A model generated the notes under the pieces. It was not told the DNA's origin. It did not search any database and saw nothing but the letters and a program-made list of their open reading frames with translations. The translations under genes were made by a program, and so were the position numbers. From Eledone cirrhosa (lineage: Eukaryota), in NCBI GenBank assembly GCA_964016885.1, contig OZ024745.1, positions 10,912,001 to 10,976,000 of the forward strand: a stretch of 64,000 nucleotides of DNA. The letters are read 5' to 3'. The stretch's first letter is position 1; each line of letters begins with the position of its first letter. Of this stretch, positions 41,890 to 56,800 are shown piece by piece.

Positions 41890-44800
41890 GGCTAGAGGTT
41901 GTCTCACTGTCTCAGGTATGTTATCTAAGGCTAGAGGTTGTCTCACTGTCTCAAGGTATGTTATCTAAGGCTAGAGTTTGTATCACTGCCTCAGGTATGT
42001 TATGTAAGGCTAGAGGTTGTCTCACTGTCTCAGGTATGTTATCTAAGGCTAGAGGTTGTCTCACTGTCTCAAGGTATGTTATCTAAGGCTAGAGTTTGTA
42101 TCACTGCCTCAGGTATGTTATGTAAGGCTAGAGGTTGTCTCACTGTCTCAGGTATGTTATCTAAGGCTAGAGGTTGTCTCACTGTCTCAAGGTATGTTAT
42201 CTAAGGCTAGAGTTTGTATCACTGCCTCAGGTATGTTATGTAAGGCTAGAGGTTCTCTCACTGTCTCAGGTATGTTATGTAAGGCTAGAGGTTGTCTCAC
42301 TGTCTCAGGTATGTTATGTAAGGCTAGAGGTTGTCTCACTGTCTCAGGTATGTTATCTAAGGCTAGAGGTTGTCTCACTGTCTCAGGTATGTTATCTAAG
42401 GCTAGAGTATGTCTCACTGTCTCAGGTATGTTATCTAAGGCTAGAGGTTGTCTCACTGTCTCAGGTAGTATTATGTAAGGCTAGAGGTTGTCTCACTGTC
42501 TCAGGTATGTTATCTAAGGCTAGAGGTTGTCTCACTGTCTCAGGTAGTATTATGTAAGGCTAGAGGTTGTCTCACTGTCTCAGGTAGTATTATGTAAGGC
42601 TAGAGGTTGTCTCACTGTCTCAGGTATGTTATGTAAGGCTAGAAGTTGTCTTACTGTCTCAGGTATGTTATCTAAGGCTAGAGGTTGTCTCATTGTCTCA
42701 GGTAGGTTATGTAAGGCTTGAGGTTGTCTCACTGTCTCAGGTATGTTAAGTAAGGCTAGAAGTTGTCTCACTGTCTCAGGTATGTTATCTAATGCTAGAG
42801 GTTGTCTCACTGTCTCAGGTATGTTATGTAAGGCTAAAAGTTGTCTCACTGTCTCAGGTATGTTATCTAAGGCTAGAAGTTGTCTCACTGTCTCAGGTAT
42901 GTTATCTAAGGCTAGAGGTTTTCTCACTGTCTCAGGTATGTTATGTAAGTCTAGAGGATGTCTCACTGTCTCAGGTATGTTATGTAAGGCTAGAGGTTGT
43001 CTCACTGTCTCAGGTATGTTATGTAAGGCTAGAGGATGTCTCACTGTCTCAGGTATGTTATGGAAGGCCAGAGGTTGTCTCACTGTCTCACGTATGTTAT
43101 GTAAGGCTAGACGTTGTCTCACTGTCTCAGGTATGTTATGTAAGGCTAGAGGTTGTCTCACTGTCTCAGCTATGTTATGTAAGGTTAGAGGTTGTCTCAC
43201 TGTCTCAGGTAGTATTATGTAAGACTAGAGGTTGTCTCACTGTCTCAGGTATGTTATGTAAGGCTCGAGGTTGTCTCACTGTCTCAGGTATGTTATGTAA
43301 GGCTCGAGGTTGTCTCACTGTCTCAGGTATGTTATGTAAGGCTAGAGGTTGTCTCACTGTCTCAGGTAGTATTATGTAAGACTAGAGGTCGTCTCACTGT
43401 CTCAGGTGTGTTATGTAAGGCTCGAGGTTGTCCCACTGTCTCAGGTAGTATTTTGTAAGGCTAGAGGTTGTCTCACTGTCTCAGGTAGTATTATGTAAGA
43501 CTAGAGGTGGTCTCACTGTCTCAGGTATGTTATGTAAGACTAGAGGTTGTCTCACTGTATCAGGTAGTATTATGTAAGGCTAGAGGTTGTCTCACTGTCT
43601 CAGGTATGTTATCTAAGGCTAGAGGTTGTCTCACTGTCTCAGGTATGTTATGTAAGGCTAGAGGTTGTCTCACTGTCTCAGGTAGTATTATGTAAGGCTA
43701 GAGGTTGTCTCACTGTCTCAGGTATGTTATCTAAGGCTAGAGTTTGTATCACTGCCTCAGGTATGTTATGTAAGGCTAGAGGTTGTCTCACTGTCTCAGG
43801 TATGTTATGTAAGGCTAGAGGTTGTCTCACTGTCTCAGGAATGTTATGTAAGGCTAGAGCTTGTCTCACTGTCTCAGGTAGTATTATGTAAGAATAGAGG
43901 TTCTCTCACTGTCTCAGGTATGTTATGTAAGGCTAGAGGTTGTCTCACTGTCTCAGGTATGTTATGTAAGGCTAGAGGTTGTCTCACTGTCTCAGGTATG
44001 TTATCTAAGGCTAGAGGTTGTCTCACTGTCTCAGGTATGTTATCTAAGGCTAGAGTATGTCTCACTCTCTCAGGTATGTTATCTAAGGCTAGAGGTTGTC
44101 TCACTGTCTCAGGTAGTATTATGTAAGGCTAGAGGTTGTCTCACTGTCTCAGGTATGTTATCTAAGGCTAGAGGTTGTCTCACTGTCTCAGGTAGTATTA
44201 TGTAAGGCTAGAGGTTGTCTCACTGTCTCAGGTAGTATTATGTTAGGCTAGAGGTTGTCTCACTGTCTCAGGTATGTTATGTAAGGCTAGAAGTTGTCTT
44301 ACTGTCTCAGGTATGTTATCTAAGGCTAGAGGTTGTCTCATTGTCTCAGGTATATTATGTAAGGCTTGAGGTTGTCTCACTGTCTCAGGTAGTATTATGT
44401 TAGGCTAGAGGTTGTCTCACAGTCTCAGGTATGTTAAGTAAGGCTAGAAGTTGTCTCACTGTCTCAGGTATGTTATCTAATGCTAGAGGTTGTCTCACTG
44501 TCTCAGGTATGTTATGTAAGACTAAAAGTTGTCTCAATGTCTCAGGTATGTTATCTAAGGCTAGAAGTTGTCTCACTGTCTCAGGTATGTTATCTAATGC
44601 TAGAGGTTTTCTCACTGTCTCAGGTATGTTATGTAAGGCTAGAGGATGTCTCACTGTCTCAGGTATGTTATGTAAGGCTAGAGGTTGTCTCACTGTCTCA
44701 GGTATGTTATGTAAGGCTAGAGGATGTCTCACTGTCTCAGGTATGTTATGTAAGGCCAGAGGTTGTCTCACTGTCTCACGTATGTTATGTAAGGCTAGAG

Positions 44801-47800
44801 GTTGTCTCACTGTCTCAGGTATGTTATGTAAGGCTAGAGGATGTCTCACTGTCTCAGGTATGTTATGTAAGGCTAGAGGTTGTCTCACTGTCTCAGGTAT
44901 GTTATGTAAGGCTAGAGGTTGTCTCACTGTCTCAGGTATGTTATGTAAGGCTAGAAGTTGTATCACTGTCTCAGGTATGTTATGTAAGGTTAGAGGTTGT
45001 CTCACTGTCTCAGGTAGTATTATGTAAGGCTAGAGGTTGTCTCACTGTCTCAGGTAGTATTATGTAAGGCTAGAGGTTGTCTCACTGTCTCAGGTATGTT
45101 ATGTAATGCTAGAGGTTGTCTCACTGTCTCAGGTATGTTATGTAAGGCTAGAGGTTTTCTCACTGTCTCAGGTATGTTATCTAAGGTTAGAGGTTGTCTC
45201 ACTGTCTCAGGTATGTTATGTAAGACTCGAGGTTGTCTCACTGTCTCAGGTATGTTATGTAAGGCTAGAGGTTGTTTCACTGTCCCAGGTATGTTATGTA
45301 AGGCTAGAGGTTGTCTCACTGTCTCAGGTATGTTATGTAAGGCTAGAGGTTGTTTCACTGTCCCAGGTATGTTATGTAAGACTCGAGGTTGTCTCACTGT
45401 CTCAGGTATGTTATGTAAGGCTAGAGGTTGTTTCACTGTCCCAGGTATGTTATGTAAGGCTAGAGGTTGTTTCACTGTCCCAGGTATGTTATGTAAGGTT
45501 AGAGGTTGTCTCACTGTCTCAGGTATGTTATGTAAGACTCGAGGTTGTCTCACTGTCTCAGGTATGTTATGTAAGGCTAGAGGTTGTTTCACTGTCCCAG
45601 GTATGTTATGTAAGGCTAGAGGTTGTCTCACTGTCTCAGGTATGTTATGTAAGGCTCGAGGTTGTCTCACTGTCTAAGGTATGTTATGTAAGGCTAGAGG
45701 TTGTTTCACTGTCCCAGGTATGTTATGTAAGGCTAGAGGTTGTCTCACTGTCTGAGGTATGTTATGTAAGGCTCGAGGTTGTCTCACTGTCTCAGGTATG
45801 TTATGTAAGGCTAGAGGTTGTCTCACTGTCCCAGGTATGTTATGTAAGGCTAGAGGTTGTTTCACTGTCCCAGGTATGTTATGTAAGGCTAGAGGTTGTC
45901 TCACTGTCTCAGGTATGTTATGTAAGGCTCGAGGTTGTCTCACTGTCTCAGGTATGTTATGTAAGGCTAGAGGTTGTCTCACTGTCCCAGGTATGTTATG
46001 TAAGGCTAGAGGTTGTTTCACTGTCCCAGGTATGTTATGTAAGGCTAGAGGTTGTTTCACTGTCCCAGGTATGTTATCTAAGGCTAGAGGTTGTCTCACT
46101 GTCCCAGGTATGTTATGTAAGGCTAGAGGTTGTTTCACTGTCCCAGGTATGTTATCTAAGGCTAGAGGTTGTCTCACTGTCCCAGGTATGTTATGTAAGG
46201 CTAGAGGTTGTTTCACTGTCCCAGGTATGTTATCTAAGGCTAGAGGTTGTCTCACTGTCTCAGGTATGTTATGTAAGGCTAGAGGTTGTCTCACTGTATC
46301 AGGTATGTTATGTAAGGTTCGAGGTTGTCTCACTGTCTCAGGTAGTATTTTGTAAGGCTAGAGGTTGTCTCACTGTCTCAGGTAGTATTTTGTAAGGCTA
46401 GAGGTTGTCTCACTGTCTCAGGTATGTTATGTAAGGCTAGAGGTTGTCTCACTGTCTCAGGTATGTTATGTAAGGCTAGAGGATGTCTCACTGTCTCAGG
46501 TATGTTATGTAAGGCTAGAGGTTGTCTCACTGTCTCAGGTAGTATTATGTAAGGCTAGAAGTTGTCTCACTGTCTGAGGTATGTTATGTAAGGCTAGAGG
46601 ATGTCTCACTGTCTCAGGTATGTTATGTAAGGCTAGAGGATGTCTCACTGTCTCAGGTATGTTATGTAAGGCTAGAGGTTGTCTCACTGTCTCAGGTATG
46701 TTATGTAAGGCTAGAGGTTGTCTCACTGTCTCAGGTAGTATTATGTAAGGCTAGAGGATGTCTCACTGTCTCAGGTATGTTATGTAAGGCTAGAGGTTGT
46801 CTCACTGTCTCAGATAGTATTATGTAAGACTCGAGGTTGTCTCACTGTCTCAGGTAGTATTATGTAAGGCTAGAGGTTGTCTCACTGTCTCAGGTAGTAT
46901 TATGTAAGGCTAGAGGTTGTCTCACTGTCTCAGGTATGTTATCATAGGCTAGAGGTTGTCTCTCTGTCTCTGGTATGTTATGTAAGGCTAGAGGATGTCT
47001 CACTGTCTCAGGTATGTTATGTAAGGCTAGAGGATGTCTCACTGTCTCAGGTATGTTATGTAAGGCTAGAGGATGTCTCACTGTCTCAGGTATGTTATGT
47101 AAGGCTAGAGGATGTCTCACTGTCTCAGGTATGTTATGTAAGGCTAGAGGTCGTCTCACTGTCTCAGGTAGTATTATGTAAGGCTAGAGGATGTCTCAGT
47201 GTCTCAGGTATGTTATGTAAGGCTAGATGTTGTCTCCCTGTCTCAGGTAGTATTATGTAAGGCTAGAGTTGTCTCACTGTCTCAGGTAGTATTATGTAAG
47301 GCTAGAGGTTGTCTCACTGTCTCAGGTAATATTATGTAAGGCTAGAGGTTGTCTCACTGTCTCAGGTATGTTATGTAAGGCTAGAGGTTGTCTCACTGTC
47401 TCAGGTATGTTATGTAAGGCTCGAGGTTGTCTCACTGTCTCAGGTAGTATTATGTAAGGCTAGAGGTTGTCTCACTGTCTCAGGTAGTATTATGTAAGGC
47501 TAGAGGTTGTCTCACTGTCTCAGGTATGTTATGTAAGGCTCGAGGTTGTCTCACTGTCTCAGGTAGTATTATGTAAGGCTAGAGGTTGTCTCACTGTCTC
47601 AGGTATGTTATGTAAGGCTAGAGGTTGTCTCACTGTCTCAGGTAGTATTATGTTAGGCTAGAGGTTGTCTCACTGTCTCAGGTATGTTATGTAAGGCTAG
47701 AGGTTGTCTCACTGTCTCAGGTATGTTCTGTAAGACTAGAGGTTGTCTCACTGTCTCAGGTATGTTATGTAAGGCTCGAGGTTGTCTCACTGTCTCAGGT

Positions 47801-50800
47801 ATGTTATGTAAGGCTCGAGGTTGTCTCACTGTCTCAGGTATGTTATGTAAGGCTAGAGATTGTCTCACTGTCTCAGGTAGTATTATGTAAGGCTAGAGGT
47901 TGTCTCACTGTCTCAGGTGTGTTATGTAAGGCTCGAGGTTGTCTCACTGTCTCAGGTAGTATTTTGTAAGGCTAGAGGTTGTCTCACTGTCTCAGGTATG
48001 TTATGTAAGGCTAGAGTATGTCTCACTGTCTCAGGTAGTATTATGTAAGACTAGAGGTCGTCTCACTGTCTCAGGTATGTTATGTAAGGCTAGAGCTTGT
48101 CTCACTGTCTCAGGTATGTTATGTAAGGCTAGAGGTTGTCTCACTGTCTCAGGTAGTATTATCTAAGGCTAGAGGTTGCCTCACTGTCTCAGGTATGTTA
48201 TGTAAGGCTAGAGGTTGTCTCACTGTGTCAGGTATGTTATGTAAGGCTAGAGGATGTCTCACTGTCTCAGGTATGTTATGTAAGGCTAGAGGATGTCTCA
48301 CTGTCTCAGGTATGTTATGTAAGGCTAGAGGTTGTCTCACTGTCTCAGGTATGTTATGTAAGGCTAAAAGTTGTCTCACTGTCTCAGGTATGTTATCTAA
48401 GGCTAGAAGTTGTCTCACTGTCTCAGGTATGTTATCTAAGGCTAGAGGTTTTCTCACTGTCTCAGGTATGTTATGTAAGGCTAGAGGATGTCTCACTGTC
48501 TCAGGTATGTTATGTAAGGCTAGAGGTTGTCTCACTGTCTCAGGTATGTTATGTAAGGCTAGAGGATGTCTCACTGTCTCAGGTATGTTATGTAAGGCCA
48601 GAGGTTGTCTCACTGTCTCACGTATGTTATGTAAGGCTAGAGGTTGTCTCACTGTCTCAGGTATGTTATGTAAGGCTAGAGGATGTCTCACTGTCTCAGG
48701 TATGTTATGTAAGGCTAGAGGTTGTCTCACTATCTCAGGTATGTTATGTAAGGCTAGAGGTTGTCTCACTGTCTCAGGTATGTTATGTAAGGCTAGAAGT
48801 TGTATCACTGTCTCAGGTATGTTATGTAAGGCTAGAGGTTGTCTCACTGTCTCAGGTATGTTATGTAAGGTTAGAGGTTGTCTCACTGTCTCAGGTATGT
48901 TATGTAAGGTTAGAGGTTGTCTCACTGTCTCAGGTAGTATTATGTAAGGCTAGAGGTTGTCTCACTGTCTCAGGTAGTATTATGTAAGGCTAGAGGTTGT
49001 CTCACTGTCTCAGGTATGTTATGTAATGCTAGAGGTTGTCTCACTGTCTCAGGTATGTTATGTAAGGCTAGAGGTTGTCTCACTGTCTCAGGTAGTATTA
49101 TGTAAGGCTAGAGGTTGTCTCACTGTCCCAAGTATGTTATGTAAGACTCGAGGTTGTCTCACTGTCTCAGGTATGTTATGTAAGGCTCGAGGTTGTCTCA
49201 CTGTCTCAGGTATGTTATGTAAGGCTAGAGGTTGTTTCACTGTCCCAGGTATGTTATGTAAGGCTAGAGGTTGTCTCACTGTCTCAGGTATGTTATGTAA
49301 GACTCGAGGTTGTCTCACTGTCTCAGGTATGTTATGTAAGGCTCGAGGTTGTCTCACTGTCTCAGGTATGTTATGTAAGGCTAGAGGTTGTTTCACTGTC
49401 CCAGGTATGTTATGTAAGGCTAGAGGTTGTCTCACTGTCTCAGGTATGTTATGTAAGGCTCGAGGTTGTCTCACTGTCTCAGGTATGTTATGTAAGGCTA
49501 GAGGTTGTCTCACTGTCCCAGGTATGTTATGTAAGGCTAGAGGTTGTTTCACTGTCCCAGGTATGTTATGTAAGGCTAGAGGTTGTTTCACTGTCCCAGG
49601 TATGTTATCTAAGGCTAGAGGTTGTCTCACTGTCCCAGGTATGTTATGTAAGGCTAGAGGTTGTTTCACTGTCCCAGGTATGTTATCTAAGGCTAGAGGT
49701 TGTCTCACTGTCCCAGGTATGTTATGTAAGGCTAGAGGTTGTTTCACTGTCCCAGGTATGTTATCTAAGGCTAGAGGTTGTCTCACTGTCTCAGGTATGT
49801 TATGTAAGGCTAGAGGTTGTCTCACTGTATCAGGTATGTTATGTAAGGTTCGAGGTTGTCTCACTGTCTCAGGTAGTATTTTGTAAGGCTAGAGGTTGTC
49901 TCACTGTCTCAGGTAGTATTTTGTAAGGCTAGAGGTTGTCTCACTGTCTCAGGTATGTTATGTAAGGCTAGAGGTTGTCTCACTGTCTCAGGTATGTTAT
50001 GTAAGGCTCGAGGTTGTCTCACTGTCTCAGGTATGTTATGTAAGGCTAGAGCTGTCTCACTGTCTCAGGTATGTTATGTAAGGCTAGAGGTTGTCTCACG
50101 GTCTCAGGTATGTTATGTAAGGCTAGAGGATGTCTCACTGTCTCAGGTATGTTATGTAAGGCAAGAGGTTGTCCCACTGTCTCAGGTATGTTATGTAAGG
50201 CTAGAGGATGTCTCACTGTCTCAGGTATGTTATGTAAGGCTAGAGGTTGTCTCACTGTCTCAGGTAGTATTATGTAAGGCTAGAAGTTGTCTCACTGTCT
50301 GAGGTATGTTATGTAAGGCTAGAGGATGTCTCACTGTCTCAGGTATGTTATGTAAGGCTAGAGGATGTCTCACTGTCTCAGGTATGTTATGTAAGGCTAG
50401 AGGTTGTCTCACTGTCTCAGGTATGTTATGTAAGGCTAGAGGTTGTCTCACTGTCTCAGGTATGTTATGTAAGGCTAGAGGATGTCTCACTGTCTCAGGT
50501 ATGTTATGTAAGGCTAGAGGTTGTCTCACTGTCTCAGGTAGTATTATGTAAGGCTAGAGGATGTCTCACTGTCTCAGGTATGTTATGTAAGGCTAGAGGT
50601 TGTCTCACTGTCTCAGATAGTATTATGTAAGACTCGAGGTTGTCTCACTGTCTCAGGTAGTATTATGTAAGGCTAGAGGTTGTCTCACTGTCTCAGGTAG
50701 TATTATGTAAGGCTAGAGGTTGTCTCACTGTCTCAGGTATGTTATCTAAGGCTAGAGGTTGTCTCACTGTCTCTGGTATGTTATGTAAGGCTAGAGGTTG

Positions 50801-53800
50801 TCTTACTGTCTCAGATATGTTATGTAAGGCTAGAGGATGTCTCACTGTCTCAGGTATGTTATGTAAGGCTAGAGGATGTCTCACTGTCTCAGGTATGTTA
50901 TGTAAGGCTAGAGGATGTCTCACTGTCTCAGGTATGTTATGTAAGGCTAGAGGATGTCTCACTGTCTCAGGTATGTTATGTAAGGCTAGAGGTTGTCTCA
51001 CTGTCTCAGGTAGTATTATGTAAGGCTAGAGGATGTCTCAGTGTCTCAGGTATGTTATGTAAGGCTAGATGTTGTCTCCCTGTCTCAGGTAGTATTATGT
51101 AAGGCTAGAGTTGTCTCACTGTCTCAGGTAGTATTATGTAAGGCTAGAGGTTGTCTCACTGTCTCAGGTAATATTATGTAAGGCTAGAGGTTGTCTCACT
51201 GTCTCAGGTATGTTATGTAAGGCTAGAGGTTGTCTCACTGTCTCAGGTATGTTATGTAAGGCTCGAGGTTGTCTCACTGTCTCAGGTAGTATTATGTAAG
51301 GCTAGAGGTTGTCTCACTGTCTCAGGTAGTATTATGTAAGGCTAGAGGTTGTCTCACTGTCTCAGGTATGTTATGTAAGGCTCGAGGTTGTCTCACTGTC
51401 TCAGGTAGTATTATGTAAGGCTAGAGGTTGTCTCACTGTCTCAGGTAGTATTATGTAAGGCTAGAGGTTGTCTCCCTGTCTCAGGTATGTTATGTAAGGC
51501 TAGAGGTTGTCTCACTGTCTCAGGTAGTATTATGTTAGGCTAGAGGTTGTCTCACTGTCTCAGGTATGTTATGTAAGGCTAGAGGTTGTCTCACTGTCTC
51601 AGGTATGTTCTGTAAGACTAGAGGTTGTCTCACTGTCTCAGGTATGTTATGTAAGGCTCGAGGTTGTCTCACTGTCTCAGGTATGTTATGTAAGGCTCGA
51701 GGTTGTCTCACTGTCTCAGGTATGTTATGTAAGGCTAGAGGTTGTCTCACTGTCTCAGGTAGTATTATGTAAGGCTAGAGGTTGTCTCACTGTCTCAGGT
51801 GTGTTATGTAAGGCTCGAGGTTGTCTCACTGTCTCAGGTAGTATTTTGTAAGGCTAGAGGTTGTCTCACTGTCTCAGGTATGTTATGTAAGGCTAGAGCT
51901 TGTCTCACTGTCTCAGGTAGTATTATGTAAGGCTAGAGGTTGTCTCACTGTCTCAGGTAGTATTATGTAAGACTAGAGGTGGTCTCACTGTCTCAGGTAT
52001 GTTATGTAAGGCTAGAGCTTGTCTCACTGTCTCAGGTATGTTATGTAAGGCTAGAGGTTGTCTCACTGTCTCAGGTAGTATTATCTAAGACTAGAGGTTG
52101 CCTCACTGTCTCAGGTATGTTATGTAAGGCTAGAGGTTGTCTCACTGTGACAGGTATGTTATGTAAGGCTAGAGGATGTCTCACTGTCTCAGGTATGTTA
52201 TGTAAGGCTAGAGGTTGTCTCACTGTCTCAGGTATGTTATCTAAGGCTAGAGTTTGTATCACTGCCTCAGGTATGTTATGTTAGGCTAGAGGTTGTCTCA
52301 CTGTCTCAGGTATGTTATGTAAGACTAGAGGTTGTCTCACTGACTCAGGTGTGTTATGTAAGGCTCGAGGTTGTCTCACTGTCTCAGGTAGTATTATGTA
52401 AGACTAGAGGTCGTCTCACTGTCTCAGGTATGTTATGTAAGGCTAGAGCTTGTCTCACTGTCTCAGGTAGTATTATGTAAGGCTAGAGGTTGTCTCACTG
52501 TATCAGGTAGTATTATGTAAGGCTAGAGGTTGTCTCACTGTCTCAGGTAGTATTATGTAAGACTAGAGGTCGTCTCACTGTCTCAGGTATGTTATGTAAG
52601 GCTAGAGCATGTCTCACTGTCTCAGGTATGTTATGTAAGGCTAGAGGTTGTCTCACTGTCTCAGGTAGTATTATCTAAGGCTAGAGGTTGTCTCACTGTC
52701 TCAGGTATGTTATCTAAGGCTAGAGTTTTTATCACTGCCTCAGGTATGTTATGTAAGGCTAGAGGTTGTCTCACTGTCTCAGGTATGTTATGTAAGTCTA
52801 GAGGTTGTCTCACTGTCTCAGGTAGGTTATGTAAGGCTAGAGCTTGTCTCACTGTCTCAGGTATGTTATGTAAGGCTAGAGGTTGTCTCACTGTCTCAGG
52901 TATGTTATCTAAGGCTAGAGGTTGTCTCACTGTCTCAGGTATGTTATCTAAGGCTAGAGTATGTCTCACTGTCTCAGGTATGTTATCTAAGGCTAGAAGT
53001 TGACTCACTGTCTCAGGTAGTATTATGTAAGGCTCGAGGTTGTCTCACTGTCTCAGGTAAGTTATGTAAGGCTAGAGGATGTCTCACTGTCTCAGGTAGT
53101 ATTATGTAAGGCTAGAGGTTGTCTCACTGTCTCAGGTAGTATTATGTAAGACTAGAGGTCGTCTCACTGTCTCAGGTATGTTATGTAAGGCTAGAGCTTG
53201 TCTCACTGTCTCAGGTATGTTATGTAAGGCTAGAGGTTGTCTCACTGTCTCAGGTGTGTTATGTAAGGCTCGAGGTTGTCTCACTGTCTCAGGTAGTATT
53301 ATGTAAGACTAGAGGTCGTCTCACTGTCTCAGGTATGTTATGTAAGGCTAGAGGTTGTCTCACTGTCTCAGGTAGTATTATGTAAGGCTAGAGGTTGTCT
53401 CACTGTATCAGGTAGTATTATTTAAGGCTAGAGGTTGTCTCACTGTCTCAGGTAGTATTATGTAAGACTAGAGGTCGTCTCACTGTCTCAGGTATGTTAT
53501 GTAAGGCTAGAGCTTGTCTCACTGTCTCAGGTATGTTATGTAAGGCTAGAGGTTGTCTCACTGTCTCAGGTACTATTATCTAAGGCTAGAGGTTGTCTCA
53601 CTGTCTCAGGTATGTTATCTAAGGCTAGAGTTTGTATCATTGCCTCAGGTATGTTATGTAAGGCTAGAGGTTGTCTCACTGTCTCAGGTATGTTATGTAA
53701 GTCTAGAGGTGGTCTCACTGTCTCAGGTATGTTATGTAAGGCTAGAGCTTGTCTCACTGTCTCAGGTATGTTATGTAAGGCTAGAGGTTGTCTCACTGTC

Positions 53801-56800
53801 TCAGGTATGTTATCTAAGGCTAGAGGTTGTCTCACTGTCTCAGGTATGTTATCTAAGGCTAGAGTATGTCTCACTGTCTCAGGTATGTTATGTAAGGCTA
53901 GAGCTTGTCTCACTGTCTCAGGTATGTTATGTAAAACTAGAGGATGTCTCACTGTCTCAGGTATGTTATGTAAGGCTAGAGGTTGTCTCACTGTCTCAGG
54001 TATGTTATGTAAGGCTCGAGGTTGTCTCACTGTCTCAGGTAAGTTATGTAAGGCTAGAGGATGTCTCACTGTCTCAGGTAGTATTATGTAAGGCTAGAGG
54101 TTGTCTCACTGTCTCAGGTAGTATTATGTAAGGCTAGCGGTTGTCTCACTCTCTCAGGTATGTTATGTAAGGCTAGAGGATGTCTCACTGTCTCAGGTAT
54201 GTTATGTAAGGCTAAAAGTTGTCTCACTGTCTCAGGTATGTTATCTAAGGCTAGAAGTTGTCTCACTGTCTCAGGTATGTTATCTAAGGCTAGAGGTTTT
54301 CTCACTGTCTCAGGTATGTTATGTAAGGCTAGAGGATGTCTCACTGTCTCAGGTATGTTATGTAAGGCTAGAGGTTGTCTCACTGTCTCAGGTATGTTAT
54401 GTAAGGCTAGAGGTTGTCTCACTGTCTCAGGTATGTTATGTAAGGCTAGAGGATGTCTCACTGTCTCAGGTATGTTATGTAAGGCCAGAGGTTGTCTCAC
54501 TGTCTCACGTATGTTCTGTAAGGCTAGAGGTTGTCTCACTGTCTCAGGTATGTTATGTAAGGTTAGAGGATGTCTCACTGTCTCAGGTATGTTATGTAAG
54601 ACTAGAGGTTGTCTCACTGTCTCAGGTATGTTATGTAAGGCTAGAGGTTGTCTCACTGTCTCAGGTATGTTATGTAAGGCTAGAAGTTGTATCACGGTCT
54701 CAGGTATGTTATGTAAGGTTAGAGGTTGTCTCACTGTCTCAGGTAGTATTATGTAAGGCTAGAGGTTGTCTCACTGTCTCAGGTATGTTATGTAAGGCTA
54801 GAGGTTGTCTCACTGTCTCAGATAGTATTATGTAAGGCTAGAGGTTGTCTCACTGTCTCAGGTATGTTATGTAATGCTAGAGGTTGTCTCACTGTCTCAG
54901 GTATGTTATGTAAGGCTAGAGGTTGTCTCACTGTCTCAGGTATGTTATGTAAGACTCGAGGTTGTCTCACTGTCTCAGGTATGTTATGTAAGGCTCGAGG
55001 TTGTCTCACTGTCTCAGGTATGTTATGTAAGGCTAGAGGTTGTTCCACTGTCCCAGGTATGTTATGTAAGGCTAGAGGTTGTCTCACTGTCTCAGGTATG
55101 TTATGTAAGGCTCGAGGTTGTCTCACTGTCTCAGGTATGTTATGTAAGGCTAGAGGTTGTTTCACTGTCCCAGGTATGTTATGTAAGGCTAGAGGTTGTT
55201 TCACTGTCCCAGGTATGTTATGTAAGGCTAGAGGTTGTCTCACTGTCCCAGGTATGTTATGTAAGGCTAGAGGTTGTTTCACTGTCCCAGGTATGTTATG
55301 TAAGGCTAGAGGTTGTTTCACTGTCCCAGGTATGTTATCTAAGGCTAGAGGTTGTCTCACTGTCCCAGGTATGTTATGTAAGGCTAGAGGATGTCTCACT
55401 GTCTCAGGTAGTATTATGTAAGACTAGAGGTCGTCTCACTGTCTCAGGTATGTTATGTAAGGCTAGAAGTTGTCTTACTGTCTCAGGTATGTTATCTAAG
55501 GCTAGAGGTTGTTTCACTGTCCCAGGTATGTTATGTAAGGCTAAAGGATGTCTCACTGTCTCAGGTATGTTATGTAAGGCTAGAGGATGTCTCACTGTCT
55601 CAGGTATGTTATGTAAGGCTAGAGGATGTCTCACTGTCTCAGGTATGTTATGTAAGGCTAGAGGATGTCTCACTGTCTCAGGTATGTTATGTAAGGCTAG
55701 AGGTTGTCTCACTGTCTCAGGTATGTTATCTAAGGCTAGAGGTTGTCTCACTGTCTCAAGGTATGTTATCTAAGGCTAGAGTTTGTATCACTGCCTCAGG
55801 TATGTTATGTAAGGCTAGAGGTTGTCTCACTGTCTCAGGTATGTTATCTAAGGCTAGAGGTTGTCTCACTATCTCAAGGTATGTTATCTAAGGCTAGAGT
55901 TTGTATCACTGCCTCAGGTATGTTATGTAAGGCTAGAGGTTCTCTCACTGTCTCAGGTATGTTATGTAAGGCTAGAGGTTGTCTCACTGTCTCAGGTATG
56001 TTATGTAAGGCTAGAGGTTGTCTCACTGTCTCAGGTATGTTATCTAAGGCTAGAGGTTGTCTCACTGTCTCAGGTATGTTATCTAAGGCTAGAGTATGTC
56101 TCACTGTCTCAGGTATGTTATCTAAGGCTAGAGGTTGTCTCACTGTCTCAGGTAGTATTATGTAAGGCTAGAGGTTGTCTCACTGTCTCAGGTATGTTAT
56201 CTAAGGCTAGAGGTTGTCTCACTGTCTCAGGTAGTATTATGTAAGGCTAGAGGTTGTCTCACTGTCTCAGGTAGTATTATGTAAGGCTAGAGGTTGTCTC
56301 ACTGTCTCAGGTATGTTATGTAAGGCTAGAAGTTGTCTTACTGTCTCAGGTATGTTATCTAAGGCTAGAGGTTGTCTCATTGTCTCAGGTATGTTATGTA
56401 AGGCTTGAGGTTGTCTCACTGTCTCAGGTATGTTATGTAAGGCTAGAAGTTGTCTCACTGTCTCAGGTATGTTATCTAATGCTAGAGGTTGTCTCACTGT
56501 CTCAGGTATGTTATGTAAGGCTAAAAGTTGTCTCACTGTCTCAGGTATGTTATCTAAGGCTAGAAGTTGTCTCACTGTCTCAGGTATGTTATCTAAGGCT
56601 AGAGGTTTTCTCACTGTCTCAGGTATGTTATGTAAGGCTAGAGGATGTCTCACTGTCTCAGGTATGTTATGGAAGGCCAGAGGTTGTCTCACTGTCTCAC
56701 GTATGTTATGTAAGGCTAGAGGTTGTCTCACTGTCTCAGGTATGTTATGTAAGGTTAGAGGATGTCTCACTGTCTCAGGTATGTTATGTAAGGCTAGAGG

